Source of the DNA: a virus
Virus record (IMG/VR): IMGVR_UViG_3300025626_000015
Span: 11,718-75,717 of that record
Direction: 5' to 3' (one strand)
DNA length: 64,000 nucleotides
Shown here in pieces: positions 8,801 to 20,118 of the stretch (position 1 is its first letter; each line of letters begins with the position of its first letter). Both the position numbers and the translations under genes were made by a program. Below the pieces are notes generated by a model. The model saw only the letters and a list, made by a program, of their open reading frames with translations, did not search any database and was not told the DNA's origin.

Positions 8801-9637
8801 ATGCCAGTATCATTTCCATTAGATAAAGTTCCACAAATTCCACCTAGGCTAACCGCAGTTGCTGTTGAAAAAATTATTGAATATTTAAATGAAATTTTAG
8901 ATAAATTACTAAAACTAGTTGATGAAGCAATACAATTACCAGATGATTGTTTATGTAATGATCCTAGAATTGAATCATTAAAACAATCATTAAATGACGT
9001 TATGGAATTAATTAAAAAATTACAAGAAATGATTCCAAAAATTCAAGAAATGATAACATTATTCAAAACATTAGCTGATATTGCTACAGCTGTTAAATCA
9101 TCAATTTATTTAATACCAGTAGTAGGACAAGCAGTAGCAGCTGCTGATTTATCATTAGTTCAAACAATGACATTAGAAAATGCAAAGAAATCGTTGGAGC
9201 AATTAGAAACAATACCTAGTAGATTAAATATAGGAATCGATTTAGCTGTAGAACAATTAGCTAAAGTAGCTGATAGATTAGCTCAAGCTTGTAGCGGAGC
9301 AGGAGATATAGAATCTGATGTAATACAAGTTCCTCAACAAATAAAGGATTCATTAGATAAATTAAATCGTGATAGTGATTATTATAATGATTTATTACCA
9401 AGTGAATTTTATCAATTAAAAAATGTATCAAATGATGATCTAGATTTAAGAGCAGATTCTATAAAAGAATTGATTGAACAACAACGTGATTTATTAACGT
9501 CATTACAAGAAGCACCTTCTTCAGTATTATCAGGAGTTGGAGCTCCTCAAAATGATATAGGAAAATCAGGAGATTATTATGTTGATATATCATCAAATCA
9601 AGTTTATGGACCAAAGTTGAATATAGGATGGTCGTAA
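8801..9637 (+). CDS. hypothetical virion-associated protein
   Basis: Helical body; C-terminal GAPxxxxGxxGDYYVD motif seen in phage tail proteins. Confidence 0.6.
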   Translation: MPVSFPLDKVPQIPPRLTAVAVEKIIEYLNEILDKLLKLVDEAIQLPDDCLCNDPRIESLKQSLNDVMELIKKLQEMIPKIQEMITLFKTLADIATAVKSSIYLIPVVGQAVAAADLSLVQTMTLENAKKSLEQLETIPSRLNIGIDLAVEQLAKVADRLAQACSGAGDIESDVIQVPQQIKDSLDKLNRDSDYYNDLLPSEFYQLKNVSNDDLDLRADSIKELIEQQRDLLTSLQEAPSSVLSGVGAPQNDIGKSGDYYVDISSNQVYGPKLNIGWS

Positions 9638-9651
9638 ATTTATATGTTTAA

Positions 9652-9659
9652 TATTTATA
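9652..9659 (+). promoter_or_regulatory. putative late promoter TATTTATA
   Basis: Upstream of ATG 9676. Confidence 0.65.
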
Positions 9660-9675
9660 ATAAAAAGAAATAACC

Positions 9676-10155
9676 ATGAAACAAGAAAAATTTATTAATA
9701 CACTAAAAAAAGTTATAAACGAAGAAGTTCGTTCTGTTATAAAACAAGAATTAACAGAAATACTAACAAATGGGTTACAATCGTCAATTGATGAATTAAA
9801 AGAGTCTAAAAAGATAGAATCTAAACAAACTAATATTAAATCAGTTACTAATAATAAAGTTAAATTTCAAAAAAATAAGTTCTCTGATATATTAAATGAA
9901 ACTAATAAACTTACTGAAAATAAAAGTTCTGCAGATTATGCATCGTTAATGAATGAAGATATTGTTATGACATCAAAAGATGCACAAGGATTTGGAATGA
10001 GAAGATCTATAGATAATAATACTTCGATAATGCAAGATCCAGAGTCTGGTAAATCTTTAAAAGTTGATCCAGTTATACAAAAAGCAATGACTCGAGATTA
10101 TTCATCATTAATGAAAGCAATTGATAAGAAAAAAGGCAATGGCGTACCGGTTTGA
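9676..10155 (+). CDS. hypothetical protein, possible head-internal protein
   Basis: Several [IL]-x-E sites (INE, LTE, LKE, LNE). Confidence 0.65.
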   Translation: MKQEKFINTLKKVINEEVRSVIKQELTEILTNGLQSSIDELKESKKIESKQTNIKSVTNNKVKFQKNKFSDILNETNKLTENKSSADYASLMNEDIVMTSKDAQGFGMRRSIDNNTSIMQDPESGKSLKVDPVIQKAMTRDYSSLMKAIDKKKGNGVPV

Positions 10156-10573
10156 AAATAAAGAAATATTAATTGATCAAGATATAGCAATTGGAATAAA
10201 GTTTCCATTTAATGGACAACGTATATTTAATTCTACCTTTACAACGTTAGAACAGTCTAATAGTAATATTAAAAATTTATTATTAACAGGTAAGGGTGAA
10301 CGATTTCAATTAAATGAATTTGGTACTGTATTAAAATATCTTCTTTTTGAACAACAATCAACTGAATTAAAGATAGCTATCGATGAAGAAATACGAAATG
10401 CTGTTAATAGATGGTTGCCATATGTTAGTATAGAATCTATAGAAACTAATTATAATAGTCCTGCTGATACGTATATTACTATAAAAATTACATATATTGT
10501 TTCAAATATAGAAGCAGAACAATCATTAACATTATCGTCTAAAGAAGATGGATCGATAAATATAAATCCTTAA
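10139..10573 (+). CDS. gp25: baseplate wedge subunit (gp25/GPW family)
   Basis: NIKNLLLTGKGERFQLNEFGTVLKYLLFE...AVNRWLPYV; ATG 10139 preferred over TTG 10121. Confidence 0.9.
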   Translation: MAYRFENKEILIDQDIAIGIKFPFNGQRIFNSTFTTLEQSNSNIKNLLLTGKGERFQLNEFGTVLKYLLFEQQSTELKIAIDEEIRNAVNRWLPYVSIESIETNYNSPADTYITIKITYIVSNIEAEQSLTLSSKEDGSININP

Positions 10574-10583
10574 GGAATAACAA

Positions 10584-12464
10584 ATGGATGTAGTGAAAGA
10601 TGTAAAATATTTAAATAAAGATTTTAATCAATTTCGAAAAAATCTAATAGAATTTACAAAACAATATTTTCCTAATCAATATACTGATTTTAATGAGTCA
10701 TCTCCCGGCATGTTATTTGTTGAATTAGCTGCATATGTTGGAGATGTATTATCATTTTATACTGATACTAATTTAAAAGAATCTATATTAAGTCAAGCTC
10801 AAGAGCGTGGTAACATTATAAATCTAGCAAATATGTTAGGATATAAACCAATGAATTCAGTATCAGCTCAAGTCAAATTAAATGTATTTCAGTTAATACC
10901 AGCAAAAGGTTCTGGAGTTAATAATAAACCTAATTATGATTTTGCATTGTCTATTGCGCCAGGTTTAGTAGTGAAACAAGAAGTTGGTTCTGCTGAGTTT
11001 AGAACAATAGATGTAGTAGATTTTAATTTATCATCATCTATTAGTCCAACAGAAGTTACAATTTACGAAGTAGATCCAAGCACAAACGAACCGGTATATT
11101 ATTTATTAAAGAAACAAGCACAAGCTATTTCTGGAAATAAAAAAACAAAAACATTTAAATTTGAATCTGCTAAATCATATGATAAAATAGTATTACCAGA
11201 AAGTAATATTATAGAAATAATATCTGTAACAGAAGCTGATGGAGATAATTGGACAGAAGTACCATATTTAGCACAAGATACTATTTTTGAAGAAGTATTA
11301 AATGTAAAAGAAAATGATCCAGACACATATCAATATCGTGATTCGTCTCCATATTTGTTAAAAATGAAAAAAGTAGCAAAACGATTTATAACAAGATTGC
11401 GATCTGATAATAAAATTGAATTGCAATTTGGTTCTGGAGTTAGTGATAATAATGATGAAGAAATTATTCCTAATCCTAGTAATGTTGGAAATGGATTAGA
11501 AAGATTAAGAAAAAATGTTAATGTAGATATAGACCCATCAAATTTTTTATATACTAAAGCGTATGGAGAAGCTCCGTCTAATACTACATTAACTGTAACA
11601 TATACAATAGGAAACGGAATTTCAGATAATATTGATAGTAATACTATTAAAAAAATTGACTTTATAGAATTTAATGATGATCCAAATGCTACAACATCAC
11701 AATCAATGATGAATTTTGTAAAGTCTAGCGTTACTATTAATAACGATACTCCAGCGCGGGGAGGAAAGTCTGCAGATTCGTTGCAAGATATAAAAAATAA
11801 TGCAGCTTCTAATTTTGCTACTCAAAACAGATTAGTAACAAAACAAGATTATATAGTTAGATCATATTCAATGCCTTCTAAATTTGGAAGTGTTGCAAAG
11901 TCATATATAGTACCAGATGATCAAATATCACAAAATGATCTAGAAGACACTAGAATACCTAATCCGCTAGCTATGAATTTATATGTTTTAGGTTTTAATT
12001 CGTCTAAACAATTAAGCCCATTAAATACAGCTGTGAAAAATAATTTAAAAACATATTTAGATTATTATAGAATTTTAACAGATGCAGTCAATATTAAAGA
12101 TGCGTTTATTATTAACTTTGGAATTGATTTTGAAATAACAGTATTACCTAATTATAATTCTAATGAAGTTTTATTGAAGTGTATTGATACTTTACAAGTA
12201 TATTTTAATATTGATAAATGGCAGATAAATCAACCAATTATTAAGTCTGAAGTAATGAATACATTAGCTAATACAGATGGGGTTCAAAGTGTAGTAGGAT
12301 TAGAATTTAAAAATTTATATGATACTAATCAACGATATTCTGGAAATATTTATGATTTTACTACATCAACAAGACAAGGTATCATTTATCCTAGCTTAGA
12401 CCCTAGTATCTTTGAATTAAAATTTCCTAAAAAAGATATTAAAGGAAAAGTAACAACATATTAA
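10584..12464 (+). CDS. gp6: baseplate wedge subunit (T4 gp6/baseplate J-like)
   Basis: KDFNQFRKNL, DFNESSPGMLFVELAAYVGDVLSFY, LGYKP, FATQNRLVTKQDY. Confidence 0.9.
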   Translation: MDVVKDVKYLNKDFNQFRKNLIEFTKQYFPNQYTDFNESSPGMLFVELAAYVGDVLSFYTDTNLKESILSQAQERGNIINLANMLGYKPMNSVSAQVKLNVFQLIPAKGSGVNNKPNYDFALSIAPGLVVKQEVGSAEFRTIDVVDFNLSSSISPTEVTIYEVDPSTNEPVYYLLKKQAQAISGNKKTKTFKFESAKSYDKIVLPESNIIEIISVTEADGDNWTEVPYLAQDTIFEEVLNVKENDPDTYQYRDSSPYLLKMKKVAKRFITRLRSDNKIELQFGSGVSDNNDEEIIPNPSNVGNGLERLRKNVNVDIDPSNFLYTKAYGEAPSNTTLTVTYTIGNGISDNIDSNTIKKIDFIEFNDDPNATTSQSMMNFVKSSVTINNDTPARGGKSADSLQDIKNNAASNFATQNRLVTKQDYIVRSYSMPSKFGSVAKSYIVPDDQISQNDLEDTRIPNPLAMNLYVLGFNSSKQLSPLNTAVKNNLKTYLDYYRILTDAVNIKDAFIINFGIDFEITVLPNYNSNEVLLKCIDTLQVYFNIDKWQINQPIIKSEVMNTLANTDGVQSVVGLEFKNLYDTNQRYSGNIYDFTTSTRQGIIYPSLDPSIFELKFPKKDIKGKVTTY

Positions 12465-12472
12465 CATGAAAA

Positions 12473-12480
12473 TATTTATA
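12473..12480 (+). promoter_or_regulatory. putative late promoter TATTTATA
   Basis: Upstream of ATG 12488. Confidence 0.65.
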
Positions 12481-12487
12481 TAAAATT

Positions 12488-13117
12488 ATGGCACTAACAT
12501 TATCAACATCAGGAATAACTAATTCAGAAACAATTCAAGCATCTCATGTATCGCAATCAATTGATGCATTAAAAGGAACTCATGCGTATAATTTAACTCC
12601 ATCTGGATCATTTACGTTTACAGGAAATACAGTTTTTGCTGGAAAAGTACAAGGAGCAATTTCAAATATAGTTAGTGAAGCGGTTAGATCTGCTAGTACA
12701 GTAACTGTAAATATAAATGATAGATCAACTTCTGTATATGTTTTATCAGCTAATGCTGATGGGAATCAGGGATCGAATCAAATTTCATATCAATTACCTA
12801 GACCAACCAGTACTACTCCTGGAACTACATATAGAATTATAATTGGACAAATAGGAGCTAGCGCTACAAGTCCTGATGCATTATCAAGACCATTTTCAAT
12901 TATAATTGAATCAAGTACTCAAGCATTATTAGGAAGTATTGTTGGTATTAGTAGTGATGCTCAAACTGTGTTACAACGAAGTAATGGTCCTTTTGTTTCT
13001 TTAGCAATTGCTTCAGATAGATTAAACACCGGAGATTCTTTTGATTTATTTTGCGACGGATCATATTGGTATGTAACAGGCTTTATAAATTCTCCTAGTG
13101 TTAGTTATTCAAATTAA
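12488..13117 (+). CDS. putative short fibre/virion protein
   Basis: S/T/G-rich; C-terminal LPxP...Y...GDSFDLFCDGSYWYV beta domain typical of fibre tips. Confidence 0.6.
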   Translation: MALTLSTSGITNSETIQASHVSQSIDALKGTHAYNLTPSGSFTFTGNTVFAGKVQGAISNIVSEAVRSASTVTVNINDRSTSVYVLSANADGNQGSNQISYQLPRPTSTTPGTTYRIIIGQIGASATSPDALSRPFSIIIESSTQALLGSIVGISSDAQTVLQRSNGPFVSLAIASDRLNTGDSFDLFCDGSYWYVTGFINSPSVSYSN

Positions 13118-13131
13118 TAGAAAAATAAAAA

Positions 13132-14283
13132 ATGTTTAAAATATTATACCCATCTCAGGACACAACTATTTTAGAAGCTTCTAAAACACTTAATGCTGGT
13201 TTAGATGAAATTTTAGCAATAGGAAAATCAGATTCTACAGGTGGTACAAATTATTTAAAATCAAGATCATTAGTTAAATTTGATATTACTCAAGTTAACA
13301 CAGCGTTAACAAAATATAATGTTGCTATTGAAAATTGTAAATTCTTTTTACAATTATATACAACTCATGCAGTTAATTTACCTTCTTCTTATACTATAGA
13401 AGGAAAAGTATTAGGGGATGATTGGGATAATGGATTAGGATATGTTAATTCTTCACCAATTATTACAGATGGATGTACTTGGTCGTATCCTAAATCAGGA
13501 AGTTATTGGACTTCAGGATCTCAAAACCAAGAAATTGCTGCAGGAAGTAATTTAATAATTAAAGGATTAGGATATGGAGGAAGTTTTCTAGAACAATCTC
13601 CTAATTCTGGATTACAATTAGAATTTTCGCAATCATTTACAAGAGTTACAGATTTAGATTCAGCTTCTAGTACTAGAAATACAGATATCTATATGGATGT
13701 AACATCTGCAATTAGAATTTGGCAATCAGGATCAAATGGAGTTTCTATACCAAATAATGGATTTTTACTTCAATTTTCTGATACAGACGAAGCATTGGTA
13801 AATAAATTTGGATCTATTAAATTTTTTAGTAGAGAAACTCATACCATATATGTTCCCAAATTATTAATGTTATTTGATAAATCATCGTTCTCAACAGGAT
13901 CTTTATCTGAATTTAATATTGAATCATATAAAATATATACTGATTTACAAAAAGAATATAAAGACACTAGTGTAAATAAAGTTAGAATTTTTGCAAGAGA
14001 TAGATATCCACAAAAGTCGCCAACAAATTTATTTCCAGAAGAGTCTGTTAAATTTTTACCTACTGGATCATTATATTCAATAAGAGATGCAGGAACAGAA
14101 GAAGTTGTAATTCCTTTCAATGAAACATATACTAAAATTAGTTGTGATTCAATTAGTAATTTTATTAGTTTAGATATGACAGGTTTAATGCCAGAACGGT
14201 ATTATAGATTATGTTTTAAAGTGACATCTGGAATATATGACGAGTTTATAGAAGATGACTTCTATTTTAAAATAGTAAGATAA
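13132..14283 (+). CDS. virion protein with DNRLRE-like carbohydrate-binding domain
   Basis: DTTI, RSLVKFD, DVTSAIRIW, NNGFLLQ, FFSRET...PKL pattern. Confidence 0.6.
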   Translation: MFKILYPSQDTTILEASKTLNAGLDEILAIGKSDSTGGTNYLKSRSLVKFDITQVNTALTKYNVAIENCKFFLQLYTTHAVNLPSSYTIEGKVLGDDWDNGLGYVNSSPIITDGCTWSYPKSGSYWTSGSQNQEIAAGSNLIIKGLGYGGSFLEQSPNSGLQLEFSQSFTRVTDLDSASSTRNTDIYMDVTSAIRIWQSGSNGVSIPNNGFLLQFSDTDEALVNKFGSIKFFSRETHTIYVPKLLMLFDKSSFSTGSLSEFNIESYKIYTDLQKEYKDTSVNKVRIFARDRYPQKSPTNLFPEESVKFLPTGSLYSIRDAGTEEVVIPFNETYTKISCDSISNFISLDMTGLMPERYYRLCFKVTSGIYDEFIEDDFYFKIVR

Positions 14284-14284
14284 T

Positions 14285-15676
14285 ATGTTAATACATAAAT
14301 TAAAATTATATCCTAATCAGTCTCAAGGCGGAGCTTATGCAGCTAATTCAGGAGGATCTGGTCCTCAACCAACTGGTAACGGTTATACTCCTGGTGGTGA
14401 ATATATAGATGGCACAGGAGCTGATTATGTAGGAGCATGGCATTCACATTCAAATGGTGTTATTACAAAAGGAACAATTCAATCTCATACTAATATTTCT
14501 AATGAAGATGTATTATTTCCAATTAATACATCTACTCCAAATGCGCCTGATCCATACTCTCTACCACCTAGTACTAATTCAGCAACAGTCGCAACTAATA
14601 ATTCTATACAAGGAAATTCTGGAATACAACTAGCAACTCCAAATACTTCTGGAATACAACTAGCAACTCCAAATACTTCTGGTCCTTCTGGAGCAGGAAG
14701 AACAGGAACAAATACTCCTAGTAATTCTGGACCATTGTTTTTACCCGTACAATTTGTTCCAACTGGATCTGTAACGTCAAATGCTATTTATCAGCAACCG
14801 CCATTTATAGCTACTAATATTCAAGAAGAATATATACAAAATGGAATAACATTTAAATCTAATGATTCTTTAGTAAACAATAGAAATTCCGCCGGAAATT
14901 TAGTATTCGAAGAAAATTCACAAAATAATCAAAATTTATTAATAGACTCAGCAATTGAAACATATACCAATAAATCGTTTATTGAAGCAGTTAATACACA
15001 ATTTAATTATTTTAAATTTCCAGCTAAAATTGGAATTGATTCTACTTTAGATTTATCATTTAACTCTACATTTGATGTAGAAGATACAGGAGTTGATCCA
15101 GCAACAAGCTATAATATATTAAATCCTAAAGCATCAGATGGAACTACAATAAATGATTATGCAATAACTAGTACGTCTACTGGGGATGGAATGAGATTAA
15201 TACCATTTAATAAAACATTAGCCGGTGCACCTATAGACAATGACTTATCTGCTTTTGTATTAACTCCAGAAAAAATAAAATATATTAAAGAATCAAATAA
15301 AGCAATAAAAATTACTGCAGCTGCAAGTCATAGACCACAAAGTGATATTAATACAGGATTTGTATTAGGATTAGGAAGAAAAATGCCGTTGGCATATAGA
15401 TCCTGGCCACAAAACGCCGGGGCATTATATAGTAATAAATTTCCATATGTATCAAAAACTACTTTACAACTAGGTGGAGGTAGCTCACAAGATCATTTTG
15501 ATACATATGTTTATCTTAGAATAGATTATGTAATCGATCCGGATGATATGGTGCCATATGATCAATATAGTGTTTATAATTGTAGTGGTAATGCAGCTTG
15601 GTATTTAAGACAATCTGCTAGATTTCAAATTTCATTAATAGATGATCCAGGACCAACTGGATATGGTAAGGTATAA
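14285..15676 (+). CDS. hypothetical virion protein, low-complexity N-terminal half
   Basis: 463 aa, G/S/T/N-rich; LKLYPNQSQ leader. Confidence 0.7.
   Translation: MLIHKLKLYPNQSQGGAYAANSGGSGPQPTGNGYTPGGEYIDGTGADYVGAWHSHSNGVITKGTIQSHTNISNEDVLFPINTSTPNAPDPYSLPPSTNSATVATNNSIQGNSGIQLATPNTSGIQLATPNTSGPSGAGRTGTNTPSNSGPLFLPVQFVPTGSVTSNAIYQQPPFIATNIQEEYIQNGITFKSNDSLVNNRNSAGNLVFEENSQNNQNLLIDSAIETYTNKSFIEAVNTQFNYFKFPAKIGIDSTLDLSFNSTFDVEDTGVDPATSYNILNPKASDGTTINDYAITSTSTGDGMRLIPFNKTLAGAPIDNDLSAFVLTPEKIKYIKESNKAIKITAAASHRPQSDINTGFVLGLGRKMPLAYRSWPQNAGALYSNKFPYVSKTTLQLGGGSSQDHFDTYVYLRIDYVIDPDDMVPYDQYSVYNCSGNAAWYLRQSARFQISLIDDPGPTGYGKV
14618..14682 (+). repeat. perfect 30-bp in-frame tandem duplication
   Basis: TCTGGAATACAACTAGCAACTCCAAATACT x2 (+TCTGG), encoding SGIQLATPNT twice. 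Confidence 0.95.
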
Positions 15677-15682
15677 TATAAT

Positions 15683-18600
15683 ATGTTAAAACAATATTCA
15701 AATATTGATCAAATATTAAATTCAAAAGAATCTTTATCTGCAAAACGATTACCTAATGTAGATTATGAATTATTAGATTATCCAGACTATCGTATAAGTT
15801 ACGCTCCTGTATTAAATACAACTAGTAATCAAAAAACAGAATTTCATATATATTCAAATAATTCATGGATAACAGGAAATCATTCAATACAATCTAATAA
15901 TATATCTCCTCAAATTCCAAATGTTACATTTCCTATACCAGTATTAGATATAAATTTATATCATGAATTTGAATCATTAGGAATTACTGGAGGTAATTTT
16001 AGGATTGTTTTAAACTTTTTTGAAAATTTAATTGGAAGTTATGATAATCAATATCTAAAAGTATCAGAAATATCTCCGGACCGTACTGAAATAAAGTTAT
16101 CATTAATTGATAATACAAATCAATCAGCATTAACTCAGTTAGTTAATTTTATTGACGATGTAAATCAGACACAATTAAATGATAATATAATTAATCCAAA
16201 TGTAACAGAAACATATTTATTAAACTTTAGTCAGAATAATTGTATACAATTTGTTAATAGTGTTGTAGTTGGATCTAATTTATATGTAAAATTATTAAAA
16301 CCATTACCAGTTGATATTGATTTAAAATTCAAATGTTGGGTAGTACAAGAAAAAAAATTACCATATATTGATACTGTTGAAATAACACCAGAATCATTAT
16401 TATCAACATTGACAACATTATCTGGTCCTAATTGGCAAGCAAATACAAATGCAGCAAATATTTCTACTGAAACAGATTTAAAATCATGGAATGATTTATT
16501 AGGATCATCAATTCAAACATCTCAACAAATAATTGATTCATATTTTTCTGGATCATTATCTGGAATTGATTTAAATATAGATTATTCTGATTTTAATAAT
16601 TTTATTTTTTATAGTTCTGCAGCAGAACGATTAGCTAATTTCAGATACAAATTAGGATTAATTGAAACATATACATCACAATCTGTAGTTATTTCAAATA
16701 TTAACAGTGCTGTTAGCACAACTAATGCTAATGATTATACTCAATTAAAAACAAATTTAATTTCTGGATTTGATGAGTTTGAAAATTATCTTTACTATGA
16801 GTCATCGTCATTATTATTCACTCATGATCAATATAATTCATATGATGTAACTGTTTCAGAATTAACAGGGAGTTATGTACAACCAGCTCCAAAAAATAAT
16901 TCTACTAAACCATATTCATTAATGTCTGTTACTAGTAGTAATTTTATTACATGGTATGATTCATTATATACATCAGCTAGTTTATATGATAGTTTTAATA
17001 CAAATATATTAACCAATGGTATTCCGGAATTTATAAGATTTGATTCTGATAACTCTGATATGAGTGTATTTGTTAATATGTTAGGTCATCATTTTGATAT
17101 TTTATATACATATATTAGATATCTATCAAAAATATATGATAGAGATGAACATCCAAAAAGAGGAGTTCCAAATCAACTATTATATAATGTAGCAAAACAA
17201 TTTGGATGGAATTTATCAGAAGGAAGTCAAGGATCTGATTTATGGGAATATTTATTTGGAACTAATGAACAAGGAATTCCAATAACAGGATCATTATCTG
17301 TTGGAGATCCTGCAGTTTCGAAACGAGATACAACATATAGTATATGGAGAAGAATTGTTAATAATTTACCATTATTATTGAAATCAAAAGGAACTAAGCG
17401 TAGTATACGGGCTATGTTATCATGTTATGGAATACCACAATCGTTAATTTCGATTAATGAATACGGAGGCCCTAGAATTGAAAGAGCTCCTATATATGAA
17501 ACACAAGAATTTAATTATGCATTAGATTTGATAAATAATGCTGCAGGGACAGTTACTGTAAATTATACAAAACCAATCCAGGCTGTAGAATTAAGATTCC
17601 GAACTGATAATGTACTCAAAAATCCTTCGGTACCATCTACCATGAATTTATTTTCAATTGGTGGAAACGATGTTACAATTGATTTTAACAGCGGAACATT
17701 AGGTACTATTAGAGTTAATACGACTGCGTCTGGATTAATTGACTGTTTTGATGGAGAATATTTGAATACATTATTAAGATCTGGTTCAAATGGGTCATTG
17801 GAAATATTAGCACAAAAATCAAAATATGGAAAAATAATATCTACTGTATCAGCTTCGATAACTGGAAGTTTTCCGGATACTGGACAATTGACTTTAGGTG
17901 GAACTACCGGAGGTTCTAGATTATACGGACAATTGCAAGAATTAAGATTTTGGAGTTCTAGTTTAAACATAGCACCATTTTCAAATCATACAAAAGCTCC
18001 TGGAGCGTATGATGGTAATGTCGACACATATGAAGAATTAGTAGCAAGATTTCCATTAAATGAAAAAGTTAATCATTCTGTAACGTCTAGTTTACAAGGT
18101 GTTGAACCAAACTATTCTAGAATATCTGCTTCGTTTAATAGTTGGTCTACTGCTGAGCCATATAATTCTCAAGAAGAAACATATTATTATGATGCTATTT
18201 CTGTAGGAAATGATACTTTAGATGATAATAAAATTAGATTAGAAGATAATAAATTAATAAGTACATTATCTCCGGATAGTAGAGCAGAACAAAGTCAATA
18301 CGACAAAGCTCCTTTAGATTCAGCAAAGTTAGGAATATTTTATTCTCCGCAGACAATGATTAATGAAGATATTATTGCTCAATTAGGATTTGTAGATTTA
18401 GAAGATTATATTGGAGATCCTGCAGATCAAGATTCTAGATCATATCCAGCTTTAGAAAAATTTTCTGAAACATATTGGAAAAAATATTCAGATAAAAATA
18501 ATATTAATGAATTTTTACGTATATTTAGTTTATTTGATTTATCATTCTTTTCACAAATTGAACAGTTATTACCAGCAAGAGTTGAAAAAATAACTGGATT

Positions 18601-19372
18601 ATTAATACAACCAAATTTATTAGAACGAAGTAAAGATAGTACAAATACAGGATATATTGAAAAGTTTAATGAAACATATAATACTACTTTAATTGTTTCA
18701 ACTGATACAAAAAATATAACGTCATCATATCATGTTATCGATTCAGATTTAATTATAAACTCTGAAACTGCATCTGTTATAAGTGCAGAAAATATTGATA
18801 ATTATACTGGATTTTTAACTAGTAGTACTTCATATACATCAACACCATATTCATATGATATAGTTTATCGTTATAATGGTGCATGGGTAACAGGATCAAC
18901 TCCATATTGGACTTCTGAAGCAACTCTTCCGACTATCACCGGATCAAGAATATCTGAAATATTTAAAACAATGATTAAATCTTCTAGTATTAGTATGGAA
19001 GGATATGGTTCTAGCACATATGGATCTTCTACATATGGTAGTGATGCAAGTTCTGGAGTTATAAGATATTTTAATTTAACTAGTTCATTTGCAGAAGTAC
19101 AAGATTTTTTACCAATTGGAACTGAGAATCATAGATATAATGGATGTAAATTAATAGGTAAAGATTTTAATATAGAGCCATCTAGATTTACTGGAGATTT
19201 TAAAACAGTTGATGGCGGACCTGTAGTAGAATTCACAGATGTTAATTCAAATCAAATAACGATTAGTACTCCAAGTAATGAAGGTAATTTTGTAGTAGAA
19301 AAGATACGAGAAAGAAAACAACGAAAGAAAAAACGAAAATCTGGAGAAGAACCAGAAGAGTTTTTTAAGTAA
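15683..19372 (+). CDS. large baseplate structural protein (possible gp7/P2 gpI-like wedge region)
   Basis: 1229 aa in baseplate cluster; LLYNVAKQFGW and LLKSKGTKRSIRAMLSCYG resemble P2 gpI/gp7-type segments; LamG-like insert (WSS, LQELRFW). Confidence 0.6.
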   Translation: MLKQYSNIDQILNSKESLSAKRLPNVDYELLDYPDYRISYAPVLNTTSNQKTEFHIYSNNSWITGNHSIQSNNISPQIPNVTFPIPVLDINLYHEFESLGITGGNFRIVLNFFENLIGSYDNQYLKVSEISPDRTEIKLSLIDNTNQSALTQLVNFIDDVNQTQLNDNIINPNVTETYLLNFSQNNCIQFVNSVVVGSNLYVKLLKPLPVDIDLKFKCWVVQEKKLPYIDTVEITPESLLSTLTTLSGPNWQANTNAANISTETDLKSWNDLLGSSIQTSQQIIDSYFSGSLSGIDLNIDYSDFNNFIFYSSAAERLANFRYKLGLIETYTSQSVVISNINSAVSTTNANDYTQLKTNLISGFDEFENYLYYESSSLLFTHDQYNSYDVTVSELTGSYVQPAPKNNSTKPYSLMSVTSSNFITWYDSLYTSASLYDSFNTNILTNGIPEFIRFDSDNSDMSVFVNMLGHHFDILYTYIRYLSKIYDRDEHPKRGVPNQLLYNVAKQFGWNLSEGSQGSDLWEYLFGTNEQGIPITGSLSVGDPAVSKRDTTYSIWRRIVNNLPLLLKSKGTKRSIRAMLSCYGIPQSLISINEYGGPRIERAPIYETQEFNYALDLINNAAGTVTVNYTKPIQAVELRFRTDNVLKNPSVPSTMNLFSIGGNDVTIDFNSGTLGTIRVNTTASGLIDCFDGEYLNTLLRSGSNGSLEILAQKSKYGKIISTVSASITGSFPDTGQLTLGGTTGGSRLYGQLQELRFWSSSLNIAPFSNHTKAPGAYDGNVDTYEELVARFPLNEKVNHSVTSSLQGVEPNYSRISASFNSWSTAEPYNSQEETYYYDAISVGNDTLDDNKIRLEDNKLISTLSPDSRAEQSQYDKAPLDSAKLGIFYSPQTMINEDIIAQLGFVDLEDYIGDPADQDSRSYPALEKFSETYWKKYSDKNNINEFLRIFSLFDLSFFSQIEQLLPARVEKITGLLIQPNLLERSKDSTNTGYIEKFNETYNTTLIVSTDTKNITSSYHVIDSDLIINSETASVISAENIDNYTGFLTSSTSYTSTPYSYDIVYRYNGAWVTGSTPYWTSEATLPTITGSRISEIFKTMIKSSSISMEGYGSSTYGSSTYGSDASSGVIRYFNLTSSFAEVQDFLPIGTENHRYNGCKLIGKDFNIEPSRFTGDFKTVDGGPVVEFTDVNSNQITISTPSNEGNFVVEKIRERKQRKKKRKSGEEPEEFFK

Positions 19373-19426
19373 AAAATAACAAAAATTTTATATGATAATA
19401 TTTATTAAAAATAAAAGGTACATACA

Positions 19427-20101
19427 ATGGGATATTTAAATAATAGTACAATTACAGTAGATGCTATTTTAACTAAAAAAGGAAGAGAGTTATTAGCAGC
19501 TGGTAGTTCTGACTTTAATATTACTCAGTTTGCATTAGGCGACGATGAAGTTGATTATGGATTATGGAATATTAATCATCCATTAGGATCAAGTTACTAT
19601 GGAGTATTGATAGAAAATATGCCATTAGTAGAAGCAATACCTGATGAAACTCAAGCATTAAAATATAAATTAGTTACATTACCAAAACAATCAACAAGAA
19701 TACCAGTAATAACAGTTGGAAATCCTTCGATTACATTACAGTCGGCTGGAGATACTGCAGTTATAACTCCAAATACAAGTAATTTTGCTTCTGGAAATTC
19801 GACTTTTGGATATACTGCTATTTTAGCAGATAATACAATTGCAGACATTAGCGTTGTTCAACCATTAGCTAATCCAGGTACGTTACCAACTACCCCAACA
19901 TTAATTGGTAATAGCACAGACGCACAAAGTGTTGCAGTAGCAGGATTTGCATTTCAAATTACTGCAAAGAATTTATTAGAAGATAAAACAACGACAGTTA
20001 GTATTATCGCAAATGAAACTGGTGGAAGTACTACAGTTAATGTAACTGTTAATAAACAAACAATTGCTAGCAATGTAGCAACTAGTAATGTTAGTTTTTA
20101 A
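19427..20101 (+). CDS. baseplate/tail-collar structural protein
   Basis: ILTKKGRELLA...ITQFALGD resembles the N-terminal half of tail-collar (DUF3751-like) domains; TATTTATT variant at 19399. Confidence 0.6.
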   Translation: MGYLNNSTITVDAILTKKGRELLAAGSSDFNITQFALGDDEVDYGLWNINHPLGSSYYGVLIENMPLVEAIPDETQALKYKLVTLPKQSTRIPVITVGNPSITLQSAGDTAVITPNTSNFASGNSTFGYTAILADNTIADISVVQPLANPGTLPTTPTLIGNSTDAQSVAVAGFAFQITAKNLLEDKTTTVSIIANETGGSTTVNVTVNKQTIASNVATSNVSF

Positions 20102-20118
20102 AACATAGAGTTAAAAAA

